Under the pieces are notes generated by a model. It was not told where the DNA came from, did not search any database, and was given only the letters and a program-made list of their open reading frames with translations. From Octopus vulgaris (lineage: Eukaryota): a stretch of 64,000 bases of DNA. The stretch covers positions 8,370,001-8,434,000 of the forward strand of contig OX597820.1 of assembly GCA_951406725.2 (NCBI GenBank), given 5' to 3'. A program made the position numbers and the translations under genes. Positions 54,295 to 64,000 of the stretch are shown here, piece by piece. Every line of letters starts with the position of its first letter. Position 1 is the first letter of the stretch.

Positions 54295-56387
54295 TTAGAT
54301 TTAGATATGTTTCGACCAATGATTGGTCCAGGCCATGTCTAACTTAATAGCACCACCTGATAGGATTATTTGAATCCTGTTTAAGTCAAGTTTTGCTTAT
54401 GGTCCATTCAAGTAGTGAGTTTTCGTTAGGTGAGTTGTATCCAATTATGGGTGGCTTATCTGGTATTCTTTGAAGGAATCTATCCAGACTCCGTTTAAAG
54501 TTGATGGGATCCTGTTCCTCTTTGATCTCTTTCGGGACAATGTTAAATAGGGCAGGGCCTGTTGAGGAAAAGAAATTATGTTGTAGTGTATATGTATGCT
54601 GTGATCTTGAATTGGGCAGGGAACGTATGGCCCGTGGTCCCAGTTTTGGATGAACCTTGAAGCTTATGTTCAGGTCGTTTGGGCAAAGTTGGCGGTATAT
54701 TCTCCACATTGCACAAATGATGTACCGCTCACGGCGACGCTGGAGAGAGTAGAGTTTCAAGGCTTTAAGGCGATCCCAATTCGTTTAGTGAGTGCTCTCT
54801 GGGGTGATTCAATCCTCGAGATGTTTTGTCTTGTATGGGGAGACCACAGTGGGCAGCAGTATTCGAGGTGTGGCCGTACAAAGGAGGAGAAGAGTGGTAT
54901 GATGACACCTTGTTCTCTGGACCGGAAAGTTCTTAAGATCCAGGAACTCATCCTACGAGCTATATCAACCTTCTTGTTCATGTGTGCACTCCAACTGAGA
55001 TCGTCATCAACAATTACACCTAGGTCTCTGATGTTGTTAGAGGCTGTGAGCGGTTCTCCTGAAGGAAGAGAGTATGGCTGTTTTAGTGAGGAATTTCTTC
55101 CAAAATGCATCAGCTCAAATTTTCCCTCGTTCAGTTGCATTTTGTTTCTGTCTGCCCATTGACTCACAGCATATAGATCAGACTGGAGTTGAGTTCGGTC
55201 TGCTTCTTCATTGACGATTTGCTGGAGCTTGGTGTCATCAGCAAATATTTTCACTTTGCTGTAATGTACGACACTGAAAAGGTCGTTTATGTAGATTATG
55301 AAGAGTAGTGGACCCAAGACAGTCCCCTGGGGGACACCGCTGGTGACTTTTGCTGGGCTTGAGTGGACTCCATCAACTACAACATGTGTTCTATTCGCCA
55401 GGAAATACTTGATCCAGTGTAGAACTTTTCCACGGATTCCAACATTTGCCAATTTTGAGAGTAGGATATTATGGTCTACCCTGTCGAACGCTTTACTGAA
55501 GTCAAGATATATGACATCAGAGTTCGAACCTGTTCCCAAGGCTTTGAGTACATCTTCAATGTGGTGTAAGAGCTGTGTTAGACAGTCCCTGCCACAGCGA
55601 AAGCCATGCTGATTTGCATTTAGGAGTTTCTGGGTCTCCAGGAAGTCAGCCATCCTTGATCTTAACACTCTTTCAAACACTTTGATGATGTGGGAGGTGA
55701 GTGAGATTGGGCGATAGTTGAGTGCGAGGGATCTGTTTCCCTGTTAGAAAACCGGGATGACTGACTGGGATAGAAACTGTTTCGGTATATAACCTGCATC
55801 TAACGAATTTCTCCAGAGGTTGGTCAGAGGGACTGCAAGTTGGTGTCTACATTCCTTCAGGAGACTAGCGGGGAATCTATCAGGGCCTACAGCAGAGTAA
55901 TGTTTGACCTCATTTATTGCTGCTACGATGTCGGTGGCAGTGAAGGTTATGTCTGCGATTTTGTGTTGGGAGTCAACTTCGTTCGTTTCCCTCACATCAA
56001 TATCAGTGGGAACACTGAAGACAGAGCAGTATTGTTTCTGCAGTATTTCTGCCATTTCTTTAGCATCGTGTTGGGGAATGCCGTTATCATCAATCAATGG
56101 CCCAATGGGTGAGACAGTGGTTCTATGCATATTTGCATAAGAATAGAACACTTTTGGGTTCTGTTTGATGTTTTTGATTACCCATTGTTCCTCCACAGCT
56201 CTTTGATTTTCAATGGAGGTTTTCATGTCGTTCTGCAGATGAAGTTTTTCCAGCTCTAGCCTTTTCATTGTTGTTGAATGTGGATGTTGTTTGTGGGAAT
56301 ATTTTAATTGGCTGATTTTTTTGTTAAGTCTTTTGATGCGCCTGATGAGTGTTTTTTTCTTTTTAGGGAGCCGATTTCTGTTTGTAT

Positions 56388-56392
<5 letters not shown>
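54295..56392 (-). mobile_element. CR1-group LINE (second family), RT with frameshifts, (ATCTAA) tail
   Basis: QHGFRCGRDCLTQLL, YLDFSKAFDRVDH, GVPQGTVLGP, FADD, YSLQRRRERY. Confidence 0.9.
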
Positions 56393-56484
<92 letters not shown>

Positions 56485-57024
56485 TATATACACATATATA
56501 CATATATATGTATAAATGCAAATATCTATATACGTGAATACATACATAAATGAATGCCTATATATCTAATCATTGTATTTGTGTGTGTATATATCTAAGT
56601 ACAAGGGGTAAGTTAAAACGTAAGTGTGTAGTCATTGTATTTTTGTATATACATATCTTATCAGAGGGTGTATAAGTAAAGTAATGCGGGTGTGTGTAAT
56701 CGTCATATTTATGTCCGCATGTATGTATGTATGTATGTATGTATGTATGTATGTATGTATGTATGTATGTATGTATGTATGTATGTATGTACGTGAGTGT
56801 TTGTATGTGTGCGCACGTGCGCCTTTGTAGAAGGTGTATACATACATGAAAGGTGAGGACGGAAGGTTAGTTTTATGACAAATCTCGCGTGACCTCATTG
56901 ACCTCGTCTCTCTTCCTGTTTCTTGATATTACATCAAATTATCAAATTATCATTTGATGTAATTGAGCGACACAGTGGTGTACTGCACGTGACTGGCCAC
57001 ATTGCTCCGTGACACACGTCTCTG

Positions 57025-57118
<94 letters not shown>

Positions 57119-57122
57119 GATA

Positions 57123-57352
57123 AGGCGGCGAGCTGGCAGAAACGTTAGCACGGCGGGCGAAATGCTTAGCGGTATTTCGTCTGCCGCTACGTTCTGAGTT
57201 CAAATTCCGCCGAGGTCGACTTTGCCTTTCATCCTTTCGGAGTCGATAAATTAAGTACCAGTTACGCACTGGGTTCGATGTAATCGACTTAATCCGTTTG
57301 TCTGTCCTTGTTTGTCCCCTCTGTGTTTAGCCCCTTGTGGGCAATAAAGAAA
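57123..57352 (+). mobile_element. SINE-A monomer in (GATA)n
   Basis: Full head, body and tail. Confidence 0.9.
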
Positions 57353-57353
57353 C

Positions 57354-57473
<120 letters not shown>

Positions 57474-58857
57474 GTTCGTGTGCGTGAGTGTGTGTGTGTG
57501 TGTCTGTGTGTGAGTGTGTTAGTAAGAAATGCAGAAAGCATAGTTGGTATCTGAAGACATATAATACATGCACCTTTGCCGAAGCGGGATCGGTGCTATT
57601 GAGAAAGTCCTTCAGCCGTGTTGCCTAACCCAGACATTTTTACGACTATTTCCGACCAAGCGTGGCAATCAACCATTGCACCCATAGCGACAATCGGCAA
57701 GGGAAAATGCGCGTATGTTATAACAAAGCCGTAAAATACCAATTCTACCCGCTTGCCTCTCCATGGATGTGACTGTCATTGATAAACCACATGTAATGGA
57801 GGGCTTGAGTCTTGAACCGTTCACTGAGGTCAAAATTTTTGGTAAGGTTCTGATTCTTCCAGCACACTTTTGAAATTATACATACAACCATACATACATA
57901 CATACATACATACATACATACATACATACATACATACATACCTCCATACATACATACATACATACATACATACATACATACATACACACATACATACATA
58001 CATACATACATACATACATACATACATACATACATACATACATACATACATACATACATACATACATACATACATACATACGTACATACATACATACATA
58101 CATACATGCATACATACATACATACGTACGTACATACATACAACCATACATACATACACACATACATACATACATACATACATACATACATACATACATA
58201 CATACATACAACCATACACACATATATACATACATACATACATGCATACATACATACATACATTCATACATACATACATACATACACACATACATGCATA
58301 CAAACAAACGTACGTACATACATACATACAAACATGCATACATACAAACATACATATATACATACATACATACAAACATATATACAAACATACATACATA
58401 CATACATACATACATACATACATACATACATACATACATACATACATACATACATACATACATACATACATACATACATACATACATACATACATACATG
58501 CATACATACATTACTCACACTCACTTACATGTACATATATTTATGGCTAAGAACACTGTCAAAAGGAATCGATAAGATTATGCATTTGTGCCAAACAATC
58601 GCATAACCTTGCCGGTCGGTTTACTGAAACAAGGGTATGATTTATAAACTCGGATAAAAAAAACAAAAACAACTTGAAATGCATTTGCTTTCTGCCCATC
58701 TCAATTTTTTTTTGTGCCACGGGTTTTTATAGTCGATTGCTCTGAAAAGATGGTTCTGTGGGGTGCAGCACATTATCCACTCAAAACGAATCACGCACAG
58801 GAAATTCTTGGACTTTAGGAACGCTTGTACGAATTTTTCAGGAAGTGGTCTTATATA

Positions 58858-58921
<64 letters not shown>

Positions 58922-58925
<4 letters not shown>

Positions 58926-59091
58926 TAGATAGATAGATAGATAGATGGATAGATGGATGGATGGATGGATGGATGGATGGATGGATGGATGGATGGATGG
59001 ATGGATGGATGGATGGATGGATAGGTAGGTAGGTAGGTAGGTAGGTAGGTAGGTAGGTAGGTGGATGGATGGATGGATGGATGGATGGATG

Positions 59092-59156
<65 letters not shown>

Positions 59157-59219
59157 GTAGGTGGGTGGGTGGGTGGGTGGGTGGATGGATGGATGGATGG
59201 ATGGATGGATGGATGGATG

Positions 59220-59252
<33 letters not shown>

Positions 59253-59294
59253 GTAGGTAGATGGATGGATGGATGGATGGATGGATGGATAGAT

Positions 59295-59340
<46 letters not shown>

Positions 59341-59399
59341 GTAGGTGGGTGGGTGGGTGGGTGGATGGATGGATGGATGGATGGATGGATGGATGGATG

Positions 59400-59440
<41 letters not shown>

Positions 59441-59471
59441 GTAGGTAGATGGATGGATGGATGGATGGATG

Positions 59472-59534
<63 letters not shown>
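58922..59534. repeat. Compound (GATA)/(GATG)/(GGTA)/(GGTG) array with higher-order periodicity
   Basis: Block order recurs at ~180-bp intervals. Confidence 0.85.
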
Positions 59535-59745
59535 CTTTCACTCTTTTACTCGTTTCAGTCATTTGACTGTGGCCATGCTGGAGCACCGCCTTTTAGTCAA
59601 ACAAATCGACCCCAGAACTTGTTCTTTGTAAGCCTAGTACTTATTCTATCGGTCTCTCTCTTGCCGAACCGCTAGGTGACGGCGACGTAAACACACCCAG
59701 CATCGGTTGTCAAGCAATGCTAGGGGGACAAACACAGACACACAA

Positions 59746-59781
<36 letters not shown>

Positions 59782-60595
59782 ATATATACGACAGGCTTCT
59801 TTCAGTTTCCGTCTACCAAATCCACTCACAAGGCATTGGTCGGCCCGGGGCTATAGCGGAAGACACTTGCCCAAGGTGGCACGCAGTGGGACTGAACCCG
59901 GAACCATGTGGCTGGTTAGCAAGCTACTTACCACACAGCCACTTTTGCTTATAGGATTTTCTTTGAGATCATGTGCTGATTTCAAAAACGGTAAAAATGA
60001 AAATTATAAATAACCTGGGTGGCTGATTCGCAGTTTTACAACCTAAAGGCAGAAACGTATACGTCACTAAAGTGGACAAGGCCACTGATCAGCACCAGGA
60101 TGGCTAGAAATAAGAGCCAAAACAACTCAGTAGCCAGCAAAATCTCTATCTTAATTATCTGAGAAGTTCCCTATGGTCTTATATATATATATAAATATAG
60201 GCGCAGGAGTGGCTTGCTAACCAGCCACATGGTTCCGAGTTCAGTCCCACTGCGTGGCATCTTGGGCAAGTGTCTTCTGCTATAGCCCCGGGAGGACCAA
60301 TGCCTTGTGAGTGGATTTGGTAGACGGAAACTGAAAGAAGCCTGTCGTATATATGTATATATATATATATGTGTGTGTGTGTGTTTGTGTGTCTGTGTTT
60401 GTCCCCCTAGCATTGCTTGACAACCGATGCTGGTGTGTTTACGTCCCCGTCACTTAGCGGTTCGGCAAAAAGAGACCGATAGAATAAGTACTGGGCTTAT
60501 AAAGAATAAGTCCCGGGGTCGATTTGCTCGACTAAAGGCGGTGCTTCAGCATGGCCGCAGTCAACTGACTGAAACGAGTAAAAGAGAGTAAAGAG

Positions 60596-60596
<1 letters not shown>
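59535..60596. mobile_element. Head-to-head SINE-B pair (59535-59943 minus, 60198-60596 plus)
   Basis: Identity to other copies. Confidence 0.9.
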
Positions 60597-60637
<41 letters not shown>

Positions 60638-60804
60638 CATAAGAGGGATCAGCCATCTGAATGTGGCTAGGGTCAGGGCGGGGTTGTGGGGGTGTTACTG
60701 ATGCATTTAGCTAGGCGAACATCGACGTCACTAGAAGAGCTGACACCATCTCGGTGTCCTTGCAGCCAGCAAAGAGATCAGCCTCCCCGAAGATACGGAT
60801 ACTA

Positions 60805-60848
60805 CACACGGACCGGTTTCGAGGTTATTGCCTCTTGTCAACGTATGG
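60805..60848 (-). ncRNA. Hammerhead with U3-A8 core in an element at 60635-61036 (family of 48836)
   Basis: ccatacg-TTGACAA-gaggc(aata)acctc-GAAA-ccgg-TC-cgtgtg. Confidence 0.7.
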
Positions 60849-61034
60849 TAAGCACCGCTCTTCGTTGAGGGACTTCTCTTGATATAAACAGATTTTCACA
60901 GTAACCACAGTCACTGGCGTAGAAAATCTCCTTCGAAAACAATAATAAATCTCTGGGCGAGACATTCAGATGGCTGATCCCTCTTATGTTATAGAGCAGT
61001 TACTGTTTATATCTCGCCCAGAGATTTATTATTG

Positions 61035-61070
<36 letters not shown>

Positions 61071-61137
61071 GGAAAATGGGGAGTTTGAACACAGGAAAAA
61101 AATCAGTTTATTTATATATATAAGTCCATTTCATATC

Positions 61138-61225
61138 GCCTACGTATGTTTCAATTTCTTACCTTCATTCAGATTTTGCAATTAAGATTGCATTATGCAT
61201 TTAAAAGGTAAGATCTCTTCAGGGT
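61138..61225 (-). ncRNA. Long-helix-II hammerhead
   Basis: cc-CTGAAGA-gatcttacctt...aaggtaagaaatt-GAAA-catacg-TA-gg. Confidence 0.65.
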
Positions 61226-61522
61226 AAAAATTGACAAATATTCGTTCACACACTAATGGATGGGTAGAAGCTTACAGACTGGGATAGCAGCACGCTTTTG
61301 TGTGCTTGTGTGTGTCAGCATGTGTTTCTTTTGGATCCATTTCTGTAAAATAGTTTGACCACAGTGGACAATGGCTAGTTGCACACACACACATGCATAC
61401 ATTTTGGGGTACCATTGAAACTCGAAGCATGTAATTTGAGATAAAAAAAACCCTTTCGATAGAAAATGTTGAAGAATTCGTGAAGGACTTGAACCCATGT
61501 ACTTATCGCTGTGGCGTGCGCA

Positions 61523-61589
<67 letters not shown>

Positions 61590-61598
61590 GTTATTATT

Positions 61599-61637
<39 letters not shown>

Positions 61638-61670
61638 ATGTTGTTGTTGTTGTTATTATTATTTTTTTTT

Positions 61671-61686
<16 letters not shown>

Positions 61687-61705
<19 letters not shown>

Positions 61706-64000
61706 TTGTCTTTGCACAGCTACTATCGCACTACGGTGCCAGCTGTCCACTATTAGTGAACTAAGGTAACACCCCTTATTTTTCGAGCACCATTCGGAGT
61801 ATTCGAGAAGTTTCAAGCAGTGCTGTTTTCTTTAATTTCTCCACCTTTATTGCAGCCCTTATTTGTTCCAGGTACTTCCCAAGATTTTTACTCGCCGTTC
61901 CCAGAGTCCCAACAATTATTGGTATTACTACCACCTTTTTCATCGATCATAACTGCTTGACGTCCCAAGCTAACCTATTATATCTATCGACTTTTCTTCC
62001 TTCCTTATCGCATACCTTGCTGTCAGCTGGGGTATGCTATATCTATGATCCACCATCGTTTGCTTTCTTTCTCAATCAACACTATGTCTAGTTTCCTATT
62101 CTCCATATCATGGTCGTACTTAATCGTAAACCCATAGGATCCTTGCATTATCATTTTCGATGATGCCTTCGGGTTTATGTTCGTACCACTTTTTTGCACT
62201 GTCAAGTCCACACTTGTTGCAAACTGTCCAATGGACAATCCTTTCTATGTTGTCATGACGTCTCTTATATTCTTTCTGGGCTACTGCAGTACACTGACTG
62301 GTAATATGCCATATGGTTTCACCATTTTGTCCACAAATTCTACACTTATCACTTTCTAAAGTGTTGTCTATTCTGTATTTGATGTAATTGGTTCTTAATG
62401 CTTGCTCTTGGGCAGCTCATATTAGAGTTTTCGTTTCCGGTTTTAAACCACTTTTAGTCATCCATAGCCATCTTTTTTCTCTGTCTTATCTACAATATCC
62501 CTATGAAATTGTTCATGCATTCTTTTCTTTATCCATCTAGTTTCAGTTTCATTCATTCTCAAGTGCTTGCACTGTACTTTAGCTTTGCAATCTTCCGTCC
62601 AACACAAGCCTGACCTTCCTACATCCAATAATGGTGGTTCTGTGGCATTTTTTACGCATCATGTTATGTTGTTTTCTGCTGCTTTAATTCTGTGTTGGCA
62701 TCCAATCAGTCCTCTTCCCCCTCTTTTTTTGGTACATACAGCCTGTCTGTATCATTCTTTTGGTGGAGTATCCCATATTTAGTCAGCAACTTCCTTGTAT
62801 TTCTGTCTAAGCTGTTTAGTTTGTCTACTGTACATAGGATCCTATCCATAGGATACATTCTATAATCTAAGAATGTGGGATCATATCGTACGCCTTACAA
62901 TAATCAATCCCTGGCATGGCTAACTTAGTTTTTCTCCTCTTGCAGTCTCTAAATACAATTTTGTCTGCCAGGAGTTGATCCATGGCACCTCTGCACTTTC
63001 GCTCGCAAACCCCCTGCTCATGTGGCAGGAGTTCATTTTCTAGTTATCTGTACATTGACCCTGCGACTATTCCAGTCAATAATTTCCAGATAAGCGGCAA
63101 GCAGGATATCGGCCTGTAATTGTATACCGTATTGCCTTTTTCGATTGTGTTACTTGGTCGGCATTTAACAGGGTGTTGAGTTGTGCAGCTATTCGTGCAT
63201 GACATTCACCAAATCTTTGGATCCAGTAGTCTTGAACTCCATTTGGTCCCGGGGCCTTCTAGCTGCCCCATTTTTGCTGATTTCCTTCACTTCCGTAACT
63301 GAAATGACTAGTTATGCCTGTTCTGGACAGACTACTGTTTGTTTCAGTTCTTGCAACCACTCAGTATCCTTCTTGTGCTCCTTGTCTTTGCTCCAAATGT
63401 CCCTCCAAAACCTTTGACTTTCATTTTTATCTGGTATCAACTTTTCATCAAGTGCACTCTCCATTTACTTCTCTATAGAAACTCTTCTGATTTACTCTGA
63501 ATAAACTATTCTGGTGGTAACCCTTCATTCTTTGGTCGTATCTTACCATCTTTGATTTCTTGGCAACGAGGAGCTGTTTCAGTTCCTCCATTACCACTTT
63601 CAGGCCCTTTCTTTCAATATTATACTTCCTGTTCAGCGCCCTGTATTTTTGTTCGCTTTTAAGCTCGCCTTTCTCTCTTTCCGGTCTAACACAGAGATTT
63701 CCTTCGAGAGCATGTCTAACCCTGCCTGGATTCTTCTTTTCCACCAGGGATCTTTTCTTTTGCTACTCCCTTTATGTTTCTTTTTCTTGACATCAACACC
63801 CACATTTTCTGCAACAACAACACTTGCTGCCTTGATCAAATTGTTTGTTCCTGTAATGTTTTTGTTCTGATGTATTTCAGAATTTAATTCACATTTTTTC
63901 GTTTTTTCGTTCAATTTCCACCGATCAACCTTTTTAATGGTACGAACATGAACCAGAAGGGGTCACCGAGAACTAGGAACATAAGATACTGTGGGATTTT
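61687..64000 (-). mobile_element. R4/Dong-clade LINE, decayed and internally deleted, 3' end in (TAA)n-type repeats
   Basis: KDPWWKRRI, EELKQLLVAK..RY..R..YHQNSLF; RLE domain RKLDIVLIEKESKRWWIIDIAYP, IPIIVGTLG, KTALLETSRILRMVL. Confidence 0.85.

Noticed and set aside
54305-54335. Hammerhead in the LINE 3' tail (stem followed by GAAAC)
   Set aside because: No CUGANGA box; treated as the RT-recognition stem-loop
56890-56904. TGACCT-cat-TGACCT DR3 nuclear-receptor site
   Set aside because: Single short motif with no supporting context

Overview
Eukaryotic, AT-rich, microsatellite-saturated DNA that is almost entirely repeat-derived. The SINE families and repeat landscape look like an octopod cephalopod (Octopus; inferred from recognition, not a search). 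No intact host gene can be assembled; only four isolated minus-strand exon candidates are visible. Most of the ORF track is microsatellite noise. Decayed LINEs present: CR1-type, RTE, Tx1/L1, R4/Dong, HERO-like and Penelope fragments. DNA elements present: mariner, DD37D maT-like, Tc1, non-autonomous Helitrons and Merlin-/piggyBac-like MITEs. Three structures stand out. (1) About 17 type I hammerhead ribozyme motifs lie in short non-coding, often fold-back, Penelope-like elements in or beside (TA)n tracts; some have 55-85 nt helix II insertions and two unrelated families carry a compensatory U3-A8 core pair. (2) A Tx1-clade LINE, an ORF1-only (HAL1-like) element with a 19-bp TSD and the commonest SINE share one covarying 3' stem-loop followed by AATAAAG. 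(3) That SINE inserts as TSD-bounded head-once/body-many arrays with a nearly invariant junction. Coordinates were read by hand and may be off by a few bases.
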